Below the pieces are notes generated by a model that saw only the letters and a list, made by a program, of their open reading frames with translations, did not search any database and had not been told where the DNA came from. From the UHGV virus genome UHGV-0119950: a DNA stretch of 53,290 nt, one strand, 5' to 3'. Positions 9,364-17,082 of the stretch are shown here, piece after piece (position 1 is the stretch's first letter; every line of letters starts with the position of its first letter). Made by a program: the position numbers and the translations under genes. Source of the DNA: a virus.

Positions 9364-9781
9364 CTAAACCTCTCTCGATTCTCTCCCAGTTGTTACAAAC
9401 TTTTTGGACATCAGAATCGCTTAAATCATCAAAATCTTTGTAGATGTAATGACTCATAAAATAAGTCATTGATACTCTCTCCGACTCCCAGTAGTACCCT
9501 CGAATAGGTATCTTCTTTATAGCCCAGAAATTTTTTTTAGGTTTGCCATTGTAAGAAGGCAGTATTCCTTCCTTTCTGACGCTGAGATCTGGAGTTCTTT
9601 TACCTGATGCCAGGCGCTCTATTTGTAGTCTAAGCTTGACCATCATGGCTTTTTGCTTCTTAGCAGGAGTAACACTCAGTATCGCATCAGCTAGAGTTTT
9701 TAGCGCTCCATTACAATGGGTTACAGTGAAGCAAGCGCCCTTAAAAGTATGTTGAACCATCCACTTATCCATAGTTAACAT
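9353..9781 (-). CDS. hypothetical protein, possible RelE/HigB-like toxin fold, cassette gene 1 of 3
   Basis: 142 aa; AT-rich; precedes an HTH gene in toxin-then-antitoxin order; toxin assignment is only by arrangement and loose pattern; start codon uncertain (no clear RBS). Confidence 0.45.
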   Translation of the reverse strand: MLTMDKWMVQHTFKGACFTVTHCNGALKTLADAILSVTPAKKQKAMMVKLRLQIERLASGKRTPDLSVRKEGILPSYNGKPKKNFWAIKKIPIRGYYWESERVSMTYFMSHYIYKDFDDLSDSDVQKVCNNWERIERGLDDY

Positions 9782-9875
9782 ATATATTAACTCACAATTT
9801 GCAAGTGAGCCACCTTCATCTTATAGAGATAATCCGAAAAGCATGATGGTTAGCAATTCATGTCCTTATCAACTC

Positions 9876-10031
9876 TCAAAGGGACATACCGATAACGGCA
9901 TTAACCACACTTGACGCCATAAACACGCCGCCAACGATGAAGCTGGCCTGGTTCTTCCTGGTAGCGCCAAGAGTCAACAGAACCACTGAAAGGGCAAAGA
10001 AAGGTATCGCGATTATGCTGAACGTGTTCAT
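9876..10031 (-). CDS. small hydrophobic membrane protein, 51 aa
   Basis: Not in ORF track. Translation MNTFSIIAIPFFALSVVLLTLGATRKNQASFIVGGVFMASSVVNAVIGMSL; two hydrophobic stretches; directly downstream of repressor gene on same strand. Confidence 0.4.
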   Translation of the reverse strand: MNTFSIIAIPFFALSVVLLTLGATRKNQASFIVGGVFMASSVVNAVIGMSL

Positions 10032-10043
10032 GTTGACCTCAAG

Positions 10044-10463
10044 TTATTGCGATTCTCCGTCACCCTTAATCCGTCGCCCCATGTACTTCGCGTACAGCTC
10101 GTCGAGCTCCTTCAGTCGCAGAGATACGATCCGCAACATGTTCTGCTGCTCTTCTTCCGGCAGCTGGCGATAGAGTTCCAGCAGGCGCTGCTCGTCAGGC
10201 TTCATACCATCTTTCTCGCCGACATCTTCCCCGAGCAGCCAGGCGACCGAAACACCAACAGCATCGGCTATAGCCAGTGCTGATTTTTTGCTAATAACGC
10301 CTTTTTTAAACCAGCTATTGACCGCCTGAGGCGAGACTCCGGCTATTCGCGCCATATCTGCTTTGGTAATGCCTCTGGCATAGACCTCGTTGAGTCGCGC
10401 TATCAATGCTTTGTTGGGTTCTTCTTTTCTCATTCTCTCATTGTAAATGGTTAGTTTACACAC
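10044..10463 (-). CDS. prophage repressor, CI-like HTH, no S24 peptidase domain
   Basis: 139 aa; HTH (ITKADMARIAGVSPQAVNSWFKKG); divergent from cro-like gene; too short for a LexA-like cleavage domain. Confidence 0.75.
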   Translation of the reverse strand: MCKLTIYNERMRKEEPNKALIARLNEVYARGITKADMARIAGVSPQAVNSWFKKGVISKKSALAIADAVGVSVAWLLGEDVGEKDGMKPDEQRLLELYRQLPEEEQQNMLRIVSLRLKELDELYAKYMGRRIKGDGESQ

Positions 10464-10534
10464 TCAATAAATTGAATATTGATTGAAATATAAATCTGTG
10501 GTTTACTTTCTTCGTTGATAGTTAGGAGAAGAAA
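10464..10534. promoter_or_regulatory. OR-like operator/promoter region between repressor and cro-like gene
   Basis: 71-bp divergent intergenic region with AT-rich repeated TTGATTGAAAT/ATTGAATATTG motifs. Confidence 0.45.
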
Positions 10535-10768
10535 ATGACAGCACTTGATAAAGCAATTAAGGCCGCTGGTTCAGCGAGAAAGCTAAGCATGGCACTTGGT
10601 GTAACCAGTATGTCAATTAGCCATTGGAAACATCGCGACAGAGGCATTGTGCCGCCAGATTACATATTAAAAATTCACAGCATAACCGGTGTTACTCCCC
10701 ACGAATTGCGCCCTGATCTGTATCCGAACCCAACGGATGGATTACCGGCGCAGGAAGCGAGGGCGTAA
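10535..10768 (+). CDS. cro: Cro-like HTH regulator
   Basis: 77 aa; HTH (SARKLSMALGVTSMSISHWKHR); divergent from repressor. Confidence 0.7.
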   Translation: MTALDKAIKAAGSARKLSMALGVTSMSISHWKHRDRGIVPPDYILKIHSITGVTPHELRPDLYPNPTDGLPAQEARA

Positions 10769-10770
10769 CC

Positions 10771-11313
10771 GTGCATTCAATTTCATTTCAACAAAATACC
10801 GGGTTTCCTCCAGCCACGATGATAAATCGCAATCAGCCTGATCCGGCGGATAAGCATGACCAGATTCGGGCTGCCGTTCGTGCGTGGTCGGCATCGCTGG
10901 ACAACCAGGACGTAGTCGCCGGGATCATCGTTGAAGAATGGGAACGGCAGGGCGGCGCCGGGCTGGATTTTCCTGACGACCTGAGCCGTAAGCGGCAGAA
11001 GCTTTTCCGCTGGCTGGACAGCGACACCGGATATGCGCGCGAAAACATCCGCCAGCTGACTCCGGCAATCCTGGCTGTTATGCCGCTGGAATTTCGTGGG
11101 CGCCTTATCGGACAGGATTGTTTCATGACGCGTTTTGCAGCGATGGAGAAGGAAATCAGCGAGGCGAAACAGGCCGTAATGTTGAATGCGCCAAAGCATC
11201 AACTGGTGAAAGAGGTCAGGGAAGGGATTGAGCATCTGCTGAATATGTTGCCGGATGATGCTGTTGTTCAGGTTCTGAGTGGTATCGCGGCCATAGCGCC
11301 GGGTGTCATGTGA
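10771..11313 (+). CDS. CII-like regulatory protein (possibly CP76-type)
   Basis: 180 aa ORF immediately after cro-like gene (GTG start); position matches lambdoid cII; family call from memory. Confidence 0.45.
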   Translation: MHSISFQQNTGFPPATMINRNQPDPADKHDQIRAAVRAWSASLDNQDVVAGIIVEEWERQGGAGLDFPDDLSRKRQKLFRWLDSDTGYARENIRQLTPAILAVMPLEFRGRLIGQDCFMTRFAAMEKEISEAKQAVMLNAPKHQLVKEVREGIEHLLNMLPDDAVVQVLSGIAAIAPGVM

Positions 11314-11576
11314 GGTTACCAGATGAATCATTTGGAGTTCATAGAAAAGCATGTCCGGGAAGAGTTGATCCGACAGGGCTTCACCGTAGCGGTGGCTCAG
11401 GGGGGGCATTTCAGGCCGTCGATATGTACAAGCGAATGAGCCAGGCAAGCAGAAAGGGGAGGATTTTTGATGATGTTTTACGTCACGCGAAATTGTGGGC
11501 AGAAAAACAAACATTACCGGCTGATCGGTTTGATTCAAAACGGGCTAAACGGGGCAGGCAACAGGGCTTGTTCTGA
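11310..11576 (+). CDS. hypothetical basic protein
   Basis: 88 aa ORF between CII-like and replication genes. Confidence 0.3.
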   Translation: MRLPDESFGVHRKACPGRVDPTGLHRSGGSGGAFQAVDMYKRMSQASRKGRIFDDVLRHAKLWAEKQTLPADRFDSKRAKRGRQQGLF

Positions 11577-11695
11577 AAGGGTGAAGACCGCTGTGCTCGA
11601 ACACAGACGGCCTTCGGGTGCAATTAGTTGCGTACTCATTGCGAGGTCATTATGACAAAGAGTTTTTCAAAACACCAGGCAAGGGAGGCATAGCT

Positions 11696-12694
11696 ATGTC
11701 GAATGTCGCCTACGCCGATTTTGCGGCGCGTACCGCCGTCAGGAGCAACCGGATGGAAAACCAGAAGACCGGATTCATCCCGTTGTACCGGAGTGTACTC
11801 AAGCAGCCCTGGTCAGAAGATGTTTACCTGCGTACGTTGTGGGATAACCTGCTTTTGGGCGCTGCCAGCCAGCCATACACAGCGAGCTTTAAAGGTCGCC
11901 AATGGCCGCTACAAACCGGACAACTGGTGACCACGGCGGCCGATCTGGGCCTGAAACTACGTGACAGAAAAGGCAACCCAACAAGCCGTGATGCTGTTGA
12001 GAGAATGCTGACATTTTTTGTGCGCGAAGGGATGATTTCCATTGAGGGGGAACGGCAAAGAGGGCGTGTGATCACGATCTCAAATTATGCCGAATATGCT
12101 CAAAAAATGGACAATTTACCCGCACAAACTTCCGCACATACCAGCGCACATATGACCGCACATGGCGAAGCCAGTAACGGCGCGGGTTTGGCGGCAGGTA
12201 GCGCACATGAAAGCGCACATACATCCGCACAAACAAGCGCACATCATGAACAATATATATTAAATACTAACGTATTTAATGTACGTCAGAGAATTTCCAA
12301 AGTTGTTCCTGATGCAGCAGTCCAGACTCCGAAAGGTGACAAGTGGGGGACATCTGACGATCTCCGTTGCGCAGAGTGGATGCTGGCACTGCGTGACATC
12401 ACCAAACCATCCCTGAAAAAACCGAACATGGCTGGCTGGGCGAATGACATACGCCTGATGCGCCAACTGGACGGACGCACCCACAAAGAGATTTGTGAGT
12501 TGTTCAGATGGGCCTGCAAAGACTCGTTCTGGTACAAAAATATTCTCTCTCCCGCAAAGCTCCGCGCCAAGTGGGACACGTTAACCCTTCACCGTGAAGA
12601 CACTACCCGCAAGCCACGCGCAGATGTCAGCGCAAGCAAATCCGAAACTGGCCCGCACTGGAACAGTGCTGAAGCATGGGAGAAATTTTTATGA
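11696..12694 (+). CDS. replication initiator, O-like (replisome organiser N-terminal domain)
   Basis: ATG with RBS AAGGGAGG; N-terminus fits replisome-organiser pattern; gene contains iterons and AT-rich tract; followed by P-like gene. Confidence 0.65.
   Translation: MSNVAYADFAARTAVRSNRMENQKTGFIPLYRSVLKQPWSEDVYLRTLWDNLLLGAASQPYTASFKGRQWPLQTGQLVTTAADLGLKLRDRKGNPTSRDAVERMLTFFVREGMISIEGERQRGRVITISNYAEYAQKMDNLPAQTSAHTSAHMTAHGEASNGAGLAAGSAHESAHTSAQTSAHHEQYILNTNVFNVRQRISKVVPDAAVQTPKGDKWGTSDDLRCAEWMLALRDITKPSLKKPNMAGWANDIRLMRQLDGRTHKEICELFRWACKDSFWYKNILSPAKLRAKWDTLTLHREDTTRKPRADVSASKSETGPHWNSAEAWEKFL
12121..12290. repeat. putative origin of replication: two clusters of four 12-bp iterons (CGCACA plus 6 nt) followed by AT-rich tract
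   Basis: CGCACA recurs at 12-bp period at 12121-12168 and 12202-12249, then CAATATATATTAAATACTAACGTATTTAATGTACG; encodes the TSAH peptide repeats in the O-like protein. Confidence 0.5.
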
Positions 12695-13386
12695 CCCCGG
12701 ATCTTTATCGTGCAATTCAGAATCGCGACAGCGAAATGCTATCGCGCATGGCTGGAGACTCTTACGACGGACGTAAGGTTGTTAACAGTGACGCTGAAAA
12801 GCTGGTGGATATGCTTTTTGAAAATCTCATGCAGGTATTTCCGGCATCCACTCAGACGAACCTACGTACTGGCGATGATATTCGCGTTGCAAAGCAGCAA
12901 TGGATCGCCGCTTTTGCTGAGTCAGGCATCACCTCCCGTGAGCAACTTTCCGCCGGAATGCAGAAAGCCCGATCCAGTCAGTCACCGTTCTGGCCGTCGC
13001 CGGGTCAGTTTATTTCGTGGTGCCGTGAGGGGAGTGGCGCGCTGGGAGTCAGTGTGGACGACATCATGAGCGAATACTGGCGCTGGCGGAAACTTGTTTT
13101 TCGCTATCCGACGAGTGAGCAGTTCCCCTGGAGGGATAAAAACCCGCTGTATTACCACGTCTGCCTGGAGCTGCGCCGTCGTGGAACGGAGGGGCAACTC
13201 AGCGAAAAGGAACTTATCCGGGCCGCTGGCGACATCCTGCATGACTGGGAAAAGCGTGCTCTTGCTGGCAAGCCCATACCACCTGTTCGTCGCGCTATAG
13301 CCGCGCCTTCGCAGGATCGTGGGCCAACACCAGCCGAGCTGTTAATGGCGAAGTACAAGCAGCGTAAAGACGCCGGGCTGATTTAA
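12691..13386 (+). CDS. replication protein P-like helicase loader
   Basis: Matches lambda P as I recall it (FPAS, RQWVLAFRENGIT vs QQWIAAFAESGIT, PFLPSPGQFVAWCRE vs PFWPSPGQFISWCRE); ATG overlaps O-like stop. Confidence 0.8.
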   Translation: MTPDLYRAIQNRDSEMLSRMAGDSYDGRKVVNSDAEKLVDMLFENLMQVFPASTQTNLRTGDDIRVAKQQWIAAFAESGITSREQLSAGMQKARSSQSPFWPSPGQFISWCREGSGALGVSVDDIMSEYWRWRKLVFRYPTSEQFPWRDKNPLYYHVCLELRRRGTEGQLSEKELIRAAGDILHDWEKRALAGKPIPPVRRAIAAPSQDRGPTPAELLMAKYKQRKDAGLI

Positions 13387-13402
13387 CGGGAGGAGAATAA
13401 CG

Positions 13403-13714
13403 ATGGCAAGCAAATCACTGTGGGCAATTGTTGATTTCCTTCGGGAAAACCAGACCATCACGCCGCGACAGGTTCAGAACCTGCTGGGATGTGACTGCAA
13501 GAAATCTCACAACCTGTTGCTTCACCTGACGCGCAAAGCGGTAGTGATCCGTACAGGCGAGCCGCATCACCCGGTCTATTCGCTGTTGCCCGGCGGAGAA
13601 CTGAATATCAAGCGCTTCAAATCGACCGTGAGAAAAAACATGGTCTCATCCGTTTGCCGAAACAGTGCGGCGATGAAGCGAATTTTAATGGTTTGGGGGA
13701 GGGCATCAGCATGA
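13403..13714 (+). CDS. hypothetical protein
   Basis: 103 aa ORF with RBS GGGAGGAG. Confidence 0.4.
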   Translation: MASKSLWAIVDFLRENQTITPRQVQNLLGCDCKKSHNLLLHLTRKAVVIRTGEPHHPVYSLLPGGELNIKRFKSTVRKNMVSSVCRNSAAMKRILMVWGRASA

Positions 13715-14280
13715 AATCAACGGTAGAAACAAAAATCATTGAGTTAGTGAAGTCAGGGCATGAGCTGGCGAAAGAACTGCATTGTGCTGAGTCTGCCGCG
13801 CTGGTGAACTATCTGGCAACGCAGCTTGAAGTGCATTTTGCCCGTAGCAATGCGCTGGCTGCAAAACTGAGCATGATTAACGACCTCATGGATGCCGCTG
13901 AACAGGCCAACAAACTGGCGCAGGAAGCAACGGAAAAACTGGTACAGGAGCGTGACGCTCTGGCTGCGGAACTAAGCGCAGTTGAGTCCATTCACAACGA
14001 TGCAGTATTCATCACTGACGAGCACTATGAGCAATGCCCGCGAGAAGTTCAGAAGATAGTTCGATCGCTGGCTGTGTTGCAGATACCTGCTTACGACTCT
14101 TTCCTGGATGAAGTGCGGGCGCATGACCTTAACGCCTTCATTCAGCATCACAGTGCAGAACTGGATGCGCATATTAAAAACGGTGGTGAGCAGTTCGACG
14201 AAAAATCAGTACGCATCAGAGACATCATCGTCTCAGTTCGCTTGTTCATGGATCAACTTCGCAAAGGCGGTGCAGCATGA
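13711..14280 (+). CDS. hypothetical coiled-coil protein
   Basis: ATG at 13711 with RBS GGGGAGG, overlaps upstream stop (ATGA). Confidence 0.45.
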   Translation: MKSTVETKIIELVKSGHELAKELHCAESAALVNYLATQLEVHFARSNALAAKLSMINDLMDAAEQANKLAQEATEKLVQERDALAAELSAVESIHNDAVFITDEHYEQCPREVQKIVRSLAVLQIPAYDSFLDEVRAHDLNAFIQHHSAELDAHIKNGGEQFDEKSVRIRDIIVSVRLFMDQLRKGGAA

Positions 14281-14825
14281 AACCAACATTAACGGCAGAA
14301 TTGCGAAGGGAACTGCATAAATTGGCAACTGACGCGCACGAGTTGGGCATCATCAAGCGGTATTCGAAGGGACTAGAGGCGCAGAGAAAATTTTACGCTG
14401 CTGCAACCCCTCTGGTTATTCGCGCGCTGCTGGATGAGCTGGAAGCGCTCCAGTCTTTCCGTACCGCATTCAATGAGTGGCACGATAAAACAGAATGGGT
14501 GCAGACGGATAAGCGGCTTGACGTCATTAAGCCGTGGGGTAAGCACCGCGCCGACGTTCTGAAGCTCTATATCGATCACCTGGAATCAAAGCCGGAAGCC
14601 AAAGAAGAACAGCGAGCTAACTGGTTTCATATGGCGCAGAAGTTAGGCGAGAATTTGGACGCCGCAGAGAAGCGCATAGCAGAACTGGAGGCGAAATTAG
14701 CTAACCCCGTGCTGCTCCCGAAAACAAACGGCTACTGGACTGAGCAAGAAAAGGCGTATGAAGAAGCCATTATGTTCGCTAAGCGGCAGGTTCGTCTGGC
14801 TGGATTCAGTGTGGAGGACATGTAA
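14277..14825 (+). CDS. hypothetical protein (Ead/Ea22-like early protein)
   Basis: 182 aa helical ORF; start overlaps upstream stop. Confidence 0.4.
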   Translation: MKPTLTAELRRELHKLATDAHELGIIKRYSKGLEAQRKFYAAATPLVIRALLDELEALQSFRTAFNEWHDKTEWVQTDKRLDVIKPWGKHRADVLKLYIDHLESKPEAKEEQRANWFHMAQKLGENLDAAEKRIAELEAKLANPVLLPKTNGYWTEQEKAYEEAIMFAKRQVRLAGFSVEDM

Positions 14826-15067
14826 TGGCTATTTTTATGGAAGTACGTTGTGCAGGTCGCGGTGATGTTGATGGTTGCCATTCTGACCAGAACGCCGAAC
14901 CAATGACGACAGCACATGAAAGCGTTAAGGGTGTTTCTACGGCGCTGAAATTTCTTAAAGACGATTCACTCAATAACGGCTGGGTGTTGCACAAAGGTGA
15001 GCTTTATTGCCCGGCATGCGCCGAAGCAAAAGCATGGGACGCCGCTGGCATCGGTAAGGGGGAGTGA
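14825..15067 (+). CDS. hypothetical protein with C-terminal CPAC motif
   Basis: 80 aa ORF. Confidence 0.35.
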   Translation: MAIFMEVRCAGRGDVDGCHSDQNAEPMTTAHESVKGVSTALKFLKDDSLNNGWVLHKGELYCPACAEAKAWDAAGIGKGE

Positions 15068-15069
15068 TA

Positions 15070-15254
15070 TGAAACGAGAAATTATTACCGTCACCCGTCC
15101 TGGAAACTGCTGCCCAGGGCATGACAAATACCCATGCGAAAAATACAGAAACAGACGCTCTGTTCGCCAGCGCGCTATCGGTATTAAAAAAGAACATCGC
15201 CATGTGCGCAGGAATATGCGTCAGGAGTTGCTTTCAGTTATAGGTGAGGACTAA
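15070..15254 (+). CDS. hypothetical small Cys-rich basic protein
   Basis: 61 aa from internal ATG (MKREIITVTRPGNCCPGHDKYPCEKYR...). Confidence 0.35.
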
Positions 15255-15257
15255 CCC

Positions 15258-15536
15258 ATGACCACTATTACCAGAGAGCTTATCGCCGCATATCTTAACG
15301 GCGAAGTTAAAACGCTCACTAACAGCGAACAGAAAGAGCTGGCGCGTATCGCGCTGGCATCGCTGGACGATGAAATAAAACTACGCCCTGTAGGGGTTAT
15401 GAGCGAGTCAGCCTTTCATAGGCTTGAACGCAGCGAGTCACGTTTTATTGCGCTGTGGCCTCGTCCTGGTATCTTTTTGCCGCGCCCACGTCCAGACGAT
15501 GGCGTTATCGTTTATGCAAAGGTTGAGGGTGCGTGA
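15258..15536 (+). CDS. hypothetical protein
   Basis: 92 aa ORF in tightly packed early operon. Confidence 0.4.
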   Translation: MTTITRELIAAYLNGEVKTLTNSEQKELARIALASLDDEIKLRPVGVMSESAFHRLERSESRFIALWPRPGIFLPRPRPDDGVIVYAKVEGA

Positions 15537-15772
15537 TGGCTATTGCATCAGGATATTCCATTGACGCCTATTGCGACTGCGAACAATGCGTAAATAACAT
15601 CGACCCAGTTGGTCGTTGGTGCCGTCAAGAAATGATCAGCGCAACCGGAGAGTCTTACGCAGAATGCGCTGCGCTAATCCGTAGCTATGGCTGGAAGTTA
15701 AGTCGCAACAAGATGCATGCGTTGCACCTGGGCATAAAAAACCGAAATCATGGAGTAAATTATGACAACTAA
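15536..15772 (+). CDS. hypothetical Cys-containing protein
   Basis: 78 aa; ATG overlaps upstream stop. Confidence 0.4.
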   Translation: MAIASGYSIDAYCDCEQCVNNIDPVGRWCRQEMISATGESYAECAALIRSYGWKLSRNKMHALHLGIKNRNHGVNYDN

Positions 15773-16337
15773 CAACCACCCGGCGCACGGCCCGCTCTCA
15801 GATTACCGATTGCACTGCATTCGTGAAATCTTGGGCAAAGCAGCAGCACAAAGAGACGGCGGTAATCTCGGTTACGCAATGTCTGATGCTGTGAAAGCGT
15901 TTGATGAACTGCTGGAAGTGCGCAAGGCGGAGCCGGTTGCTTTCATCAATGGAGCGTGGACGCTGGTTTATTATCGCCCGCCGAAAGAATCTGGTCTGAA
16001 GATTGGCGATAAGCTCTACACCGCCCCGCCAGCGCCTGTAGATAACACGTTCATCCCCAAAAATCTGGACAGAGCGCTCGGCGTGGTTGGCGTGGCGCTA
16101 CCTGAGTCGAAAGAGGAGTTTAATTTCCAGATTGAGCGCTGGATACAGCGACTGATTGACCGTGTTATTCGTTACTCCGATGAATTCAAAGAGCAACCAG
16201 CACCAGTAGTGCCACCAGAGCAAAACTGGGAAGAGTTATGCCGACAGCATCCAGACATGAGCATCGGTGATGCCATTATTCGCGCTGCATGGTGGAATCT
16301 TTGCCGCGCCGCCATGCTTCAGGGGGATAAATCGTGA
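15762..16337 (+). CDS. hypothetical protein
   Basis: 191 aa ORF. Confidence 0.45.
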   Translation: MTTNNHPAHGPLSDYRLHCIREILGKAAAQRDGGNLGYAMSDAVKAFDELLEVRKAEPVAFINGAWTLVYYRPPKESGLKIGDKLYTAPPAPVDNTFIPKNLDRALGVVGVALPESKEEFNFQIERWIQRLIDRVIRYSDEFKEQPAPVVPPEQNWEELCRQHPDMSIGDAIIRAAWWNLCRAAMLQGDKS

Positions 16338-16825
16338 AAACTATCCAGTTATCTGAGCGTGAGCTTTTCATGATTTTCAACATGCTGACGCCGCCCTACG
16401 CAGTCAGCGACACCCACACAGACGAGTTCAACGAATTGCGTAACAAAGTCTTTTACGCTCTGCGTGATGCTCAGAACGATGAACCTGTAAGTAATCGTGA
16501 TGAGTTGCCGCTGGACTATCTTCAAGGCCACAAAGACGGACTTGAGTGGGCTGCACAACTGGCTGAGGCTAATCACCCACAAACCGGCGATTGGCTTTAC
16601 GATGACCCGACAGAGCTTGCAAAGGCGATACGCAAGGGGCCGGATATGCCATTACCCAATGGCAACTCTCCGGTGATTCCGAATGGTTGGGTAATGGTGC
16701 CTGTTGAGCCAACAGAAGCGATGATTAACGCTTACAGAGGTGCACTTTATTCAGGGGAGTCGGCTGTCTCCTGTATTGATTTGTACAAGGCCATGATTGC
16801 AGCAGCGCCACAGCAGGAGGAATGA
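16334..16825 (+). CDS. hypothetical protein
   Basis: 163 aa ORF, GTG start overlapping upstream stop. Confidence 0.45.
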   Translation: MKTIQLSERELFMIFNMLTPPYAVSDTHTDEFNELRNKVFYALRDAQNDEPVSNRDELPLDYLQGHKDGLEWAAQLAEANHPQTGDWLYDDPTELAKAIRKGPDMPLPNGNSPVIPNGWVMVPVEPTEAMINAYRGALYSGESAVSCIDLYKAMIAAAPQQEE

Positions 16826-17082
16826 TGGATCAACTTCTGCAATACGCCACCAATCGGATTATAGAACTGGAAAACCTTCTGCTGGTGAATGTTGAGGAAA
16901 CGGTCTGGCCAGCAGAGGTTCAGATGGTTTTTAGTCAAATCGAAAACGCCGGGAGTTTCCCGGCGCACCACCAGCGCCGATTGCAGCACCACATCAACAG
17001 AATGTGGCTGGAAAAAATACCGGTTACTTCGATTATTGCCGCAGCGCGCTCGCTGGCAGATGCAATGGAGAAATACGCGTGA
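16822..17082 (+). CDS. hypothetical protein
   Basis: 86 aa ORF. Confidence 0.4.
   Translation: MMDQLLQYATNRIIELENLLLVNVEETVWPAEVQMVFSQIENAGSFPAHHQRRLQHHINRMWLEKIPVTSIIAAARSLADAMEKYA

Noticed and set aside
11400-11406. G7 homopolymer tract as a possible frameshift or phase-variation site
   Set aside because: The 11310-11576 ORF is already continuous through the tract, so no frameshift is needed; probably incidental.
10783-11538. 251-aa minus-strand ORF overlapping the CII-like gene
   Set aside because: Antisense to the well-ordered rightward early operon; Arg/His-rich low-complexity translation; shadow ORF.
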